Assembly: GCA_965267575.1 (NCBI GenBank) | Contig: OZ254086.1 | Location: 4,448,001 to 4,512,000 of the forward strand | DNA: 64,000 nucleotides | Reading direction: 5' to 3' | DNA from: Calditrichales bacterium | Lineage (GTDB): Bacteria > Calditrichota > Calditrichia > Calditrichales > J004 | In this document: piece by piece, positions 1 through 9,491 of the stretch | Layout: every line of letters begins with the position of its first letter | Position numbering within the stretch: the stretch's first letter is position 1 | Program-made: the position numbers and the translations under genes | Notes under the pieces: model-generated | Databases searched by the model: none | Seen by the model: only the letters and a program-made list of their open reading frames with translations | What the model was told of the DNA's origin: nothing

Positions 1-1134
1 ATACTGGATGCCTTCCTGTCGCACCCGATGACGCAGCGCAGCCTGGCACTGCAAAAGGAGAGACAGGGACTGGACCGTCCCGTGCAGCAGGTGATGGTCG
101 GTTATAGCGACAGCAACAAGGACGGCGGCATCTTTGCCAGCCTGTGGAGCCTGTACCGCGCCCAGGAAGCGCTTACGCAAATTGGTGAAAAACACAAGGT
201 ACGGATTCGCTTTTTCCATGGGCGCGGGGGCACCATAAGCCGCGGCGCCGGACCCACGCATCGCTTTATTAACGCCCTGCCCCACGGGTCGCTTGCCGGC
301 GATTTGCGTCTAACCGAGCAGGGTGAAACAATCGCCCAGAAATATGCCAACCGCCTGAATGCCGCGTACAACCTGGAGCTGCTAATGGCCGGCGTAACGG
401 GCGCCACCCTGCGCCACCAATTCGGCAAAAAGGAAGTCAATCCGCTGGAAGGGGTTATGGACAAGCTGGCCGACAAAAGCCGCGAGACCTATGAGAATCT
501 GCTAAAAACGGATGGCTTTGTCGCCTTTTTCCGCCAGGCTACGCCGATTGACGCCATCGAGTCCAGCCGCATCGGATCGAGGCCGGCGCGACGCACGGGG
601 CAGCAAACCATCGCCGACCTGCGCGCCATACCGTGGGTATTCAGCTGGGGCCAGGCGCGCTTTTACATTTCGGGATGGTACGGTGTCGGCACTGCCCTGA
701 AATGGCTTAATGAAAACGATCCTGACAATTTTAAAAAAGTTTGCAGGGAGAATTTTACCTGGTCGCCTCTGCACTATATCATCAGCAACGCCGCCACCAG
801 TATCGCCACGGCCGATAAGGAAATTATGCGTCAATATGCCGCCATGGTGGAAGATGATGCCCTGCGCGGGCGCGTCATGAAGTTGATCGAAAGTGAATAC
901 GATCGAACCCGCGAGATGCTGGAAAAGATTTACGATGGTCCGCTGTCGAAAAAGCGCCCCAACGTGCACAACATCCTCTCTTTACGCCAGCAGGGGCTGG
1001 TTAAACTGCACCGCCAGCAGATAGCATTGTTGCGTCAATGGCGCGACAGCTCGGAGGCCAAAAAACAGAAGCTGCTGCCGCAACTGCTTTTGACGGTCAA
1101 TGCTATCGCCGGCGGTTTGCGTACGACGGGTTAG
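1..1134 (+). CDS. ppc: Phosphoenolpyruvate carboxylase, C-terminal part (starts before window)
   Basis: Motifs VMVGYSDSNKDGG, FHGRGGTISRG, LRAIPWVFSW and terminal GLRTTG; frame open from base 1. Confidence 0.95.
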   Translation: MLDAFLSHPMTQRSLALQKERQGLDRPVQQVMVGYSDSNKDGGIFASLWSLYRAQEALTQIGEKHKVRIRFFHGRGGTISRGAGPTHRFINALPHGSLAGDLRLTEQGETIAQKYANRLNAAYNLELLMAGVTGATLRHQFGKKEVNPLEGVMDKLADKSRETYENLLKTDGFVAFFRQATPIDAIESSRIGSRPARRTGQQTIADLRAIPWVFSWGQARFYISGWYGVGTALKWLNENDPDNFKKVCRENFTWSPLHYIISNAATSIATADKEIMRQYAAMVEDDALRGRVMKLIESEYDRTREMLEKIYDGPLSKKRPNVHNILSLRQQGLVKLHRQQIALLRQWRDSSEAKKQKLLPQLLLTVNAIAGGLRTTG

Positions 1135-1251
1135 GAGCAACTGAAAAAAACTTTTGTACCCACTCCGGTTGCAAATAGTGTATATTGAGCCGCGAACATT
1201 CCCGCAAAACAGCTCGGTTCGCACTTCACTTAAATTAGGGAGGAGATGGAC

Positions 1252-1374
1252 ATGGGCGACAAAGGCAAGAAAGACCAGGACAAGAAGAAACGGCAAAAAG
1301 ACAAGAAGCAGGCAACCGAAGATAAATTGAAGAAAGAGAAACAGGAGAAGAATAAGACTTTCGGGATGAAATGA
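1252..1374 (+). CDS. Small 40-aa Lys-rich protein MGDKGKKDQDKKKRQKDKKQATEDKLKKEKQEKNKTFGMK (not in ORF track)
   Basis: Strong RBS GGGAGGAG upstream, open frame, terminator downstream. Confidence 0.65.
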   Translation: MGDKGKKDQDKKKRQKDKKQATEDKLKKEKQEKNKTFGMK

Positions 1375-1406
1375 ACGGGCGTCTTAAATAGAAATAGCAT
1401 TTACCG

Positions 1407-1431
1407 AAGGCGGGATTTTCCCGCCTTTTTT
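1407..1431 (+). terminator. Rho-independent terminator
   Basis: AAGGCGGGA-TTT-TCCCGCCTT stem followed by T run. Confidence 0.8.
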
Positions 1432-1579
1432 GTTTTAAACAAACAGCTCTTCCGGACTCTTTTCCGGTACTTTTCTGAGGCAGTTTCAATTTGTATCTTC
1501 TTTGACAGGCCCCGCATGGACAAAAAGCAATAAGACGGTTATTACCTGCAATCTTCATAGCCGTCTTTGAGGAGGCCGA

Positions 1580-2239
1580 ATGCAGATTCCTTTCTCAACC
1601 GAACAATTTTTAGACGTTATTAAGTTCTATAACGAAGCTTTTTTTCCGATCCAGATTCTCTTCAACATACTTGCCTTTTGGTGCGTTTATCTTCTTTTCA
1701 CGGACTCTCACATTAAAAGAAAAACACTTTTGGGCTATTTATCATTTTTGTGGTTATGGATGGGAATTGCCTACCATCTGACCTTTTTCACATCCATAAA
1801 CAATGCCGCCTATCTTTTTGGGGCCTTATTTATTTTACAGGGCATCCTTTTGGGATATTATGCTTTTGCGGGTAGAGAAATAACTTTCAGATTTCAAAAA
1901 ACGTGGTATAACGTTGCGGGGATTCTTTTTCTGTTTTATGCTTTGATAGCCTATCCGATACTGGGACATAATCTGGGTCATGCTTATCCTTATTCGCCGA
2001 CTTTCGGACTGCCTTGCCCGACCACAATCTTTACGTTTGGACTGTTTTTATTTGCAAAAAATAAAGTGCCGACCGGATTATTGATTATTCCGCTTATTTG
2101 GTCAATTATCGGGTTTGGCGCCGCGCTAAATTTTACGATTTATGAAGATACGGGTTTGCTTGTTGCCGGGGTGGTTGGCACAGCAATTATTATCATTAAG
2201 AATTACAGGGCATCTAAAAAAACCGTAATAGCCGGATGA
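1580..2239 (+). CDS. Multi-pass membrane protein, DUF6064-like
   Basis: MQIPFSTEQFL start, FGLPCPTTIFTFG motif, several TM segments, RBS GAGGAGG. Confidence 0.75.
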   Translation: MQIPFSTEQFLDVIKFYNEAFFPIQILFNILAFWCVYLLFTDSHIKRKTLLGYLSFLWLWMGIAYHLTFFTSINNAAYLFGALFILQGILLGYYAFAGREITFRFQKTWYNVAGILFLFYALIAYPILGHNLGHAYPYSPTFGLPCPTTIFTFGLFLFAKNKVPTGLLIIPLIWSIIGFGAALNFTIYEDTGLLVAGVVGTAIIIIKNYRASKKTVIAG

Positions 2240-2265
2240 TGTTAAATCAATTTGAATAAATCTTT

Positions 2266-2297
2266 GCCCCGGGTCTGGCAGCCCGGGCCTTCTTTTC
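2266..2297 (+). terminator. Probable terminator
   Basis: CCCGGG...CCCGGG stem followed by T-rich tract. Confidence 0.5.
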
Positions 2298-2371
2298 TAT
2301 TTTTACCTGAGATGCTACTTTTCATTTTCCGCATTAATATATATTTTCGTTTTTAAGAAAGAAAAATAGCT

Positions 2372-3208
2372 ATGCTCAATCTCGGAAAAATAAACCGCCT
2401 GACCGTAAAGCGCGCTACGCGGCACGGGGCCTACCTTGAGGATGCCGAAGGCAATGAAGTGCTGCTGCCGGTAAAATACGTCGCCGATGATCTGCGGCTG
2501 GAAGATACGATCGATGTCTTCCTGTTTACCGATTCGGAAGACCGGGTTACGGCCACAACGCAAAAGCCGCTGGCGCAGCGCGATGAATTTGCTTACCTGA
2601 AAGTGAAAGATACCAGCCGCCACGGCGCCTTTTTGGACTGGGGCCTGGAGAAAGACCTGTTTGTACCCTTTAAAGAACAGGCACGCAAAATGCGCCGCGG
2701 CGAATCGCACCTGGTTTACGTTTACCTTGATGAGCAGAGCGACCGCCTGGCCGCCAGCAGCCGCGTGCGCCGTTTCCTGGAAAACGAGCAGATCGACCTG
2801 GAGCCTGGCGAAAAAGTAGACCTGCTGGCCTGGGAAAAAAGCGACCTGGGTATGAATGTGATCATCAACAACCGCTATGGCGGCCTGATCTTTGAAGAAG
2901 ACCTGCATCAAAATATCCGGCCCGGGGAAAAACTAAGCGGTTACATCAAAAACATTCGTCCTGATAAAAAAATAGACGTGGTTCTGCAAAAGCCAGGCCC
3001 GGAGGCCGTGGAGCCCAACGCCGCGCGCATCCTGCTGAAAATACGCCAGAACAAGGGCTATTTACCGCTGCACGACAGAAGTGATCCCGAAGAGATTAAG
3101 CGTGTTCTGCAATTGAGTAAGAAGGCTTTTAAAAAAGCCATCGGGGTTTTGTACCGCAAAGAGCTGATACGCATTGAAGAGGATGGATTGTATTTGAATG
3201 AGGTATGA
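2372..3208 (+). CDS. CvfB/YitL family S1 RNA-binding protein
   Basis: GAFLDWGLEKDLFVPF S1 motif and C-terminal SKKAFKKAIGVLY winged helix. Confidence 0.9.
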   Translation: MLNLGKINRLTVKRATRHGAYLEDAEGNEVLLPVKYVADDLRLEDTIDVFLFTDSEDRVTATTQKPLAQRDEFAYLKVKDTSRHGAFLDWGLEKDLFVPFKEQARKMRRGESHLVYVYLDEQSDRLAASSRVRRFLENEQIDLEPGEKVDLLAWEKSDLGMNVIINNRYGGLIFEEDLHQNIRPGEKLSGYIKNIRPDKKIDVVLQKPGPEAVEPNAARILLKIRQNKGYLPLHDRSDPEEIKRVLQLSKKAFKKAIGVLYRKELIRIEEDGLYLNEV

Positions 3209-3271
3209 TAACTACCTGCTAAAAGCTCTACCCTAAACAATGATTGTACTATCTCGCAAGGAGATTATACT

Positions 3272-4474
3272 ATGTACAAATATTATTTATCGTGCTTAGC
3301 ATCCGTTTGGCTATCTTTAACAATAGCCATTCCTGCATACGCCCAAGATGAAGTTGTTGAAAACGTTAATGAATTCGCTTTTAAGCTTTATTCTTCAATA
3401 TCACAGACACAAAATGGCAATGTGGTTTTTTCACCTTTTAGTATCTCTTCGGCCTTTAGCTTACTTTATCCGGGAGCACAAGGTACAACGGCAGAAGAAA
3501 TTGAGAAGGCATTTGGTATTGATGATGATGATAGAGATTTTCATTTGGACTTGAGTGACCTCCAAGATGGATTAAGCAGCTATGCGAAAAAAGATGGCGA
3601 CCTGGAATTATCATTGGCCAGCGCAGTGTGGATAAAACCAGAATTTCAATTATTGCCTTCCTACATCGAAAACATGAATGCTATTTATAATAATTCCATT
3701 TTTAAATTAAAAGATGCACAGACTATCAATACCTGGGCTTCTGAGAATACTAAAGAGAAAATCAAAAGTATTGTAAACCCAAAAGACATTCAAAACTCGT
3801 TGGTCGTATTAACCAGCGCCATTTATTTTAAGGGTTTGTGGAAATATGAGTTTAAAGATAAAGATACTAAAGAGAATAAGTTTACACTGCTAAATCACGA
3901 AAACGTCGATGCTATGTTCATGCAAAATGCTGCAACTTACAAATACGCAAGCAACAAAGAGTTTCAGGTATTGGAAATGCCTTACAAAGGCGGAGAACTT
4001 GTTTTGGACATAGTCCTTCCCAGGTCTGTTTCTGACTTTAAGGAAATGGAAAAGAATTTAACCTTCAAAAAATTTAATAATATCCTATCCGACTTAAAAG
4101 AACAGAATGTCTTGGTATATCTTCCAAAATTCGAAATCGAACGGGAAATCTCAATGAACAGCCATTTACAATCACTTGGTATAACCTATGCCTTTTTTCC
4201 AGGCTATGCCGATTTTAGAGCAATGTATGAAGATAAAGGAGAGAACCTGTTTGTAAGGTCCGTTTTGCAAAAAGCCATTATCGAGGTTAATGAAAAAGGC
4301 ACAGAGGCCGCCGCAGTAACAGCAGTTATAATGGACAGGTTTATTAGTGATGATTGGGAACCAAAAAAAATTATATTTAAAGCTGACCATCCTTTTATTT
4401 ATATACTCAGAGACGCAAGAAGCGGCGCAATCTTATTTATGGGAAGAGTCTTAGACCCAACCCTGAAGATATGA
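3272..4474 (+). CDS. Secreted serpin (serine protease inhibitor)
   Basis: Signal peptide; NVVFSPFSI, AIYFKGLW, hinge EKGTEAAAVT, FKADHPFIY. Confidence 0.95.
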   Translation: MYKYYLSCLASVWLSLTIAIPAYAQDEVVENVNEFAFKLYSSISQTQNGNVVFSPFSISSAFSLLYPGAQGTTAEEIEKAFGIDDDDRDFHLDLSDLQDGLSSYAKKDGDLELSLASAVWIKPEFQLLPSYIENMNAIYNNSIFKLKDAQTINTWASENTKEKIKSIVNPKDIQNSLVVLTSAIYFKGLWKYEFKDKDTKENKFTLLNHENVDAMFMQNAATYKYASNKEFQVLEMPYKGGELVLDIVLPRSVSDFKEMEKNLTFKKFNNILSDLKEQNVLVYLPKFEIEREISMNSHLQSLGITYAFFPGYADFRAMYEDKGENLFVRSVLQKAIIEVNEKGTEAAAVTAVIMDRFISDDWEPKKIIFKADHPFIYILRDARSGAILFMGRVLDPTLKI

Positions 4475-4567
4475 GGAATTAGAATCATTTATCTCCAGCA
4501 CGAAAAGAAAATCACAACGAGATAATACTTATGCCAGAAGTTCCGCTTTAAAATTAATTGTTCGGAT

Positions 4568-4855
4568 ATGAAAAACCTTAGAGAACCCTTAAAGATCATA
4601 AACTATTATCTTAATGCAAACGCCTATATGCGTTTGCCAAATGAAAACCGCCGAAAAACGGACAAGCAAAAATATAAAAAGGGCTATGAGATACGATTTG
4701 TGGCAAAGTCCGATGCTGAATGTCGTGAAATAGCACATGCTTTGGAAGAATGCGGATTTAACCCCGGAAAGCCTTTTAAAAAGGGCACGCAAATTATTGT
4801 GCCGCTTTATGGAAGAGAAGCGCTTATTAAGCTAAAAGAACTGCTGGAACTATAA
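4568..4855 (+). CDS. Hypothetical basic protein
   Basis: 95-aa ORF, co-directional with neighbours. Confidence 0.55.
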   Translation: MKNLREPLKIINYYLNANAYMRLPNENRRKTDKQKYKKGYEIRFVAKSDAECREIAHALEECGFNPGKPFKKGTQIIVPLYGREALIKLKELLEL

Positions 4856-4986
4856 ATCAGATCTATGCGGGACCGGATTATTTGTGGGGAATTAAACATA
4901 AAATAGGATTTATTATTGTTTTCAGGTTTTTCTTTTCCAAAATTCGCCGAGAAACATTCGCAGACCAGAATTAAGGAGAAACAGCC

Positions 4987-5370
4987 ATGCCCTACAAAAC
5001 CAAGTGGGAGCCCAACGGCATTATCTGGGAGTTTTATGATTATGTCACGGCCCAGGAAATCTCCATGGCCAATGATGAATTTTACGGCGATGAACGCAGC
5101 GACCGTACCCGCTTCCAGATCATCGATGCGTCGCGCGTTACCGGCGTGGAGTGGGAAGAACGCAATATCCGGGAAGCTGCCGCTTACGACCTCGGGGCGG
5201 AAACCCTACTCAAAAACATCAAAGTAGCCTATGTGGCTACGGATGATGAGATAATCGACAAGCTGGAAAAATATATCGATATCTCAAAACGGCTTAACTC
5301 CAGCTGGAAATTCAAAGGCTTTGGCGATATGGAAAGCGCGCGGGAGTGGGTCAGTTCAAGGAATGCTTAA
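4987..5370 (+). CDS. Hypothetical protein, possibly STAS/SpoIIAA-like
   Basis: RBS AAGGAG; ends FGDMESAREWV as in SpoIIAA-like proteins. Confidence 0.6.
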   Translation: MPYKTKWEPNGIIWEFYDYVTAQEISMANDEFYGDERSDRTRFQIIDASRVTGVEWEERNIREAAAYDLGAETLLKNIKVAYVATDDEIIDKLEKYIDISKRLNSSWKFKGFGDMESAREWVSSRNA

Positions 5371-5445
5371 CGATAGCTGTCAGCGTAGCGCCGAAATTGT
5401 GGCCACTGCTAAATTATCTTATTTTGAGAGCTAAACGGAGGACAT

Positions 5446-5646
5446 ATGAAATCTATAAAAAAGAAATATATAGTTGATGAAAACAACAAGACGGTAGCCG
5501 TTCAACTCGACATTGAAACATTTAATAAAATTGAAGAGGCGTTGGAAAACTACGCCCTCTATAAGCTTATAAACGAGAACGATGATGAGGACAAACTCAG
5601 TCTGTCAGATGCCCACGAATACTATAAAAAGATGAAGAAATCTTGA
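5446..5646 (+). CDS. Putative antitoxin
   Basis: 66 aa, KKYIVDENNKTVAVQL, overlaps downstream toxin gene; RBS GGAGG. Confidence 0.75.
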   Translation: MKSIKKKYIVDENNKTVAVQLDIETFNKIEEALENYALYKLINENDDEDKLSLSDAHEYYKKMKKS

Positions 5647-5909
5647 AGGTTGTTTATAGAAAGAAGTTTTTAAAAGAGCTTGCTAAAATCCCTTTACAAA
5701 CCCGCGAGAAGATTGAAGAATACGTATTTAATAACGTTCCCCTAGCAACATCGGTTATTGAATTGAAAAAAATCGAAAGGCTTAAGGGATATCCTGCCTA
5801 CTATAAAATCAGATTTGGAAATTATCGTGTTGGTCTAAAGCAAGAAGGTGATGAGTTGATTTTTGAGAGAGTGTTGCATCGAAGAGACATTTATAAATAT
5901 TATCCATAG
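5643..5909 (+). CDS. RelE/ParE family toxin
   Basis: YYKIRFGNYRVG and VLHRRDIY motifs; TTG start overlapping antitoxin stop. Confidence 0.9.
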   Translation: MKVVYRKKFLKELAKIPLQTREKIEEYVFNNVPLATSVIELKKIERLKGYPAYYKIRFGNYRVGLKQEGDELIFERVLHRRDIYKYYP

Positions 5910-5960
5910 TAAGACATGCAATATGGTCGATTATTCAATTTCGTCATCTCAAGGAACACA

Positions 5961-6407
5961 ATGAACAATACGTCACACACCCTTGGCCGCAAGCTGCTGC
6001 GCTACGGCATGCTGCTTTTTCTGCTTGGTTTGTTAACGGGCTTCGCCATCCCGGCTATGGAAAACCCGCGCATGGGTCTTTCCAGTCACCTGGAAGGTAC
6101 GCTGAATGGTATGCTGCTTGTCCTGCTCGGCCTGGTCTGGCCCAAATTGCAGCTTGCTGAAAAAACCCTAAAATGGGCTTACGGATTGGCTTTATTCGGT
6201 ACATTCGTCAACTGGGCCACCACCTTTGTTGCCGCCGCCTGGGGTGCAGGAGCGGAGATGATGCCAATTGCCGGCGGAGAATTTAGCGGCGCTGTCTGGC
6301 AGGAAAATATCATCCGCTTTGGATTAATCTCTTTGTCACTGGCTATCGTTGCCGTATCGGTAATCGTTTTATGGGGCTTGCGCGGCAATAATGTTGAAAT
6401 TAATTAA
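5961..6407 (+). CDS. Membrane protein, hydroxylaminobenzene mutase (Hab)/styrene-oxide isomerase (StyC)-like
   Basis: LFLLGLLTG...NPRMGLSSHLEGTLNG, four TM helices. Confidence 0.65.
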   Translation: MNNTSHTLGRKLLRYGMLLFLLGLLTGFAIPAMENPRMGLSSHLEGTLNGMLLVLLGLVWPKLQLAEKTLKWAYGLALFGTFVNWATTFVAAAWGAGAEMMPIAGGEFSGAVWQENIIRFGLISLSLAIVAVSVIVLWGLRGNNVEIN

Positions 6408-6495
6408 TTTCTGTTGTCATATTTAGATTGCCTTCTTTGTCCCTGCTCCGTATTATTTTAACGTCATCAGGCTATCCTAATTAACGGAGTCTAAA

Positions 6496-6972
6496 ATGTC
6501 CCTTAAATTAAAATCCATTCTCTTCGCGCTGGTGCTTTTGTCGCTTTCTGTTACGGCCTGCCTGCCGACCTATGTTAACACCATGCGCTTGTACGGCCGC
6601 GAAAACGGTCGCATCCTGCACCTGGAACTTTCCGAGCCGGAAGCCAACCAGGGCGTGATCTACATGGCCAAAGAGCAGCCGGATTCGATCCCTGAATACT
6701 ATGAAGGCGAATACCATATTTACGGCGCGCGGCGTTTCCCAAGGCAGATAGACAAATTTTACAATAGTTCCATTGCCGAAGAGTATGGCTTTGGTAAGCA
6801 ATCCGGCGCCGAACCTGTAGGCACGGCCATCCTGGTTGGCGATGAGGGCACGATGATCGACATTGTTTTCTACAAGGTGGACAATTCGAAGAAAAACGGC
6901 AGCGGCATCGCCCGCGACAATCATGGCAATACCTATCGCGTCTTCCTGAAAATGGAGCGCCATTTTGATTAA
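6496..6972 (+). CDS. Putative lipoprotein
   Basis: Lipobox VTAC after hydrophobic signal. Confidence 0.7.
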   Translation: MSLKLKSILFALVLLSLSVTACLPTYVNTMRLYGRENGRILHLELSEPEANQGVIYMAKEQPDSIPEYYEGEYHIYGARRFPRQIDKFYNSSIAEEYGFGKQSGAEPVGTAILVGDEGTMIDIVFYKVDNSKKNGSGIARDNHGNTYRVFLKMERHFD

Positions 6973-7043
6973 TCCGCTTTCGCGCTTATGTTCCGGCGTT
7001 TGCCTGGAGTCTGTATTCAAAACACAATACGGGAATTTCAATC

Positions 7044-7721
7044 ATGTTTCTTACCAATAGCTTTACCCGCCCGACCTTAGTATTTGTATTTTCCCTGTTT
7101 GTTGCCCACTCCTGCTATGCCCAAAATATCACACCGCCAGGAACGGTTGTCTCCTTCGATATCCGGATAAACGGGACCACCCTGGAAGAAACCATTCTGG
7201 TCGAATCCATTCAAACTTCGGTTTCAGTCGATCAACCGGGACAGGCACTGTTGCGCATTGTGCCCGATGACATTCTTGTTGAGCCGGATTTCAGGACGCC
7301 CAAAAAAATGCCGTTGGGTGCCAACATCGACATACGCGCCGGATATGATGACAATAAACTGACCCCGCTTTTTAGCGGCACGATTGAATCGCAGCGCCTG
7401 TTTAGCAGCGACGGCGCGCAGGCCGGCCTTATATTTGAGATTGTCTGCAAGACCTCTTCCGGGCAACCGGGTCCGTCCACAGATGATTACCAACTGACAC
7501 TTGGCGTTGATTTTGGAGAATTCGATCTAAGCAAAAATGACAGCACGGTTCACGGTACAGTATCTTTAGCGGGCACGGCGCAGATTATGCCCGGATCGAC
7601 GGTGCAACTTAAAGACTTAAGCGCCGTTTTTAGCGGCAGCTACAATGTGGCGGGCGTAAAGCATCTCATTAAAAACGGGCAATGGAAGAGTGAGATTACA
7701 TTGAATAATCGCGCCAAATAA
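7044..7721 (+). CDS. Exported protein resembling a shortened VgrG/gp27 hub domain
   Basis: Signal peptide; PLGANIDIRAGYD...LFSG and HGTVSLAGTAQIMPG...FSGSYNVAGVKHLI...W motifs. Confidence 0.6.
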   Translation: MFLTNSFTRPTLVFVFSLFVAHSCYAQNITPPGTVVSFDIRINGTTLEETILVESIQTSVSVDQPGQALLRIVPDDILVEPDFRTPKKMPLGANIDIRAGYDDNKLTPLFSGTIESQRLFSSDGAQAGLIFEIVCKTSSGQPGPSTDDYQLTLGVDFGEFDLSKNDSTVHGTVSLAGTAQIMPGSTVQLKDLSAVFSGSYNVAGVKHLIKNGQWKSEITLNNRAK

Positions 7722-7778
7722 TTCAAAGGTGGAAATTCACCTTTATCGAATAGGCGACTAAATAGGTATGGAGTAATC

Positions 7779-8396
7779 ATGACTTTGGCCGAAAAAAGAA
7801 TCTGCGATTTCATTCAATCACGTTATCCAGATGACTATTATCCTACGCAATTACTACCAAAACCCTACCACGGAAAAGGACCCATTAAGGCAATTATTGT
7901 TGGGGCAGATCCAACTTTTAAGAAAAATAACGGTCAATATAGAGTAGTGTTTGGGCTAGATAAAGAAACAAATGAAGAAAATGAAAAATCGCCCTTTTTT
8001 AAATCAGTCATGCAAAACCTGAAGTGTTTAGGCTATAGTCTGGATAATATCTATGTTCAAAATCTCGCCAGAAATTATTTCAAAGAAGAGACCTCAAAAA
8101 ATAAGGTATGGACGGAATACGCTCTTTTGTGGCGAGATGAATTAAAAAAGGATCTGGACGGAAAGTTTTCCCCGGATATACCTGTTCTTGTAACAGCGGA
8201 AATAATCTTAAAGGTGCTTGTTCATAAAAATGAATTAAAAAAAACAACAGCCGGTAAGATTTATTCAGAGCAATTGTCTTTTACAAGCGATCAGAACTAT
8301 CTCAAAAGACCGCTCTACGCCTTTTACAGGCACTATAAATATAAGCTGGAAAATCAGACGGATTATAAAAATTACTTATTGATGCGTCTACATTAA
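7779..8396 (+). CDS. Hypothetical protein, uracil-DNA glycosylase-like fold suspected
   Basis: AIIVGADP, IYVQNL and late FYRH motifs; AT-rich. Confidence 0.5.
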   Translation: MTLAEKRICDFIQSRYPDDYYPTQLLPKPYHGKGPIKAIIVGADPTFKKNNGQYRVVFGLDKETNEENEKSPFFKSVMQNLKCLGYSLDNIYVQNLARNYFKEETSKNKVWTEYALLWRDELKKDLDGKFSPDIPVLVTAEIILKVLVHKNELKKTTAGKIYSEQLSFTSDQNYLKRPLYAFYRHYKYKLENQTDYKNYLLMRLH

Positions 8397-8405
8397 CTTG
8401 CACCC

Positions 8406-9356
8406 TCAAAATGGCAGCCTCGTCACATCCACGTTGCCGCCGCTTAGGATGATACCCACGCGTTTGCCCGCAAAAATCTCCTTTTTCTTCAAAACCGCTG
8501 CAAGCGGCACGGCCGACGACGGCTCGATGATAAGCTTAGTCCTTTCCCAAAAGGTGCGCATAGCCTCGACGATCTCTTCTTCGCTTACCGTGATGATTTG
8601 AACGTCGTGCTGCCGCAGGCAGGTAAAAGTGCGTTCACTCAAGGACGTCTTTAGACCATCGGCGATGGTGTCTTTGTTTGTGGCCGGCTGGCGTTCAGCG
8701 CTTTGCAGAGAACGGAAGGCATCATCGGCCTGCTGCGGCTCCCCGGCAAAAAGCTTTGTTTGCGGGCTCAATGCCGCCAGTGTGATGCTGCTGCCGCTCA
8801 TCAATCCGCCGCCGCCCACCGGTGCAATAAACAGGTCCATGTGGCGATCCATCTGCTGCCACAGCTCCAGCGCCGCCGTGCCCTGCCCCGCTATCACCCG
8901 CACATCATCGTAAGGATGTATGAACTCCGCGCCGCTTTTTTCGATGATGGCATTGGCCGTTTCCTCGCGCGATTGCTGCGTCGGTTGGCAGAAAACAATC
9001 TCCGCGCCATACGCAGCCACCGCCTTTTTCTTTATCTCCGGCGCCGTCTCCGGCATCACCACCCAGGCCTTGATGCCCCGCCAGCGTGCCGCCTGCGCCA
9101 GTGCCGCGCCGTGGTTTCCCGATGAATGGGTAATTACGCCCCGTTTAGCCGTGGACTCATCAAGGCAGAATACGGCATTCGTTGCACCGCGTATTTTAAA
9201 GGCCCCGACCTTTTGCAGATTCTCGCACTTAAAAAAAAGTGACGCCCCCGTTTGCTTATCAAAATAACGGCTGGTGAGCGCCGGCGTACGATGAATATGT
9301 CCGGATATAAGGCGGTGCGCTTTTTCAATATCGGAAAATGCAGGTAGCAGGTTCAT
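8406..9356 (-). CDS. PLP-dependent threonine/serine dehydratase or serine racemase
   Basis: KCENLQKVGAFKIRGA, SSGNHG, PVGGGGL, SGGNVD; start at MNLLPAF. Confidence 0.92.
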   Translation of the reverse strand: MNLLPAFSDIEKAHRLISGHIHRTPALTSRYFDKQTGASLFFKCENLQKVGAFKIRGATNAVFCLDESTAKRGVITHSSGNHGAALAQAARWRGIKAWVVMPETAPEIKKKAVAAYGAEIVFCQPTQQSREETANAIIEKSGAEFIHPYDDVRVIAGQGTAALELWQQMDRHMDLFIAPVGGGGLMSGSSITLAALSPQTKLFAGEPQQADDAFRSLQSAERQPATNKDTIADGLKTSLSERTFTCLRQHDVQIITVSEEEIVEAMRTFWERTKLIIEPSSAVPLAAVLKKKEIFAGKRVGIILSGGNVDVTRLPF

Positions 9357-9491
9357 TTTGGTTCGACTCTTCTGATTTCGTTGTGTAGATTTGGATAGAA
9401 TGGTATAAGGTTGCGCGACAATATTAACAATCTTTGACCTTTCTTTAAAGCCCTGCAAGACATAACTCTGCGCCATTGACAAGGAGGAGCC

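Noticed and set aside
5365..5410. Further attC-like starts (TAAC after stops near 3206, 5367 and 54246)
   Set aside because: No convincing complementary right arm or matching core site.
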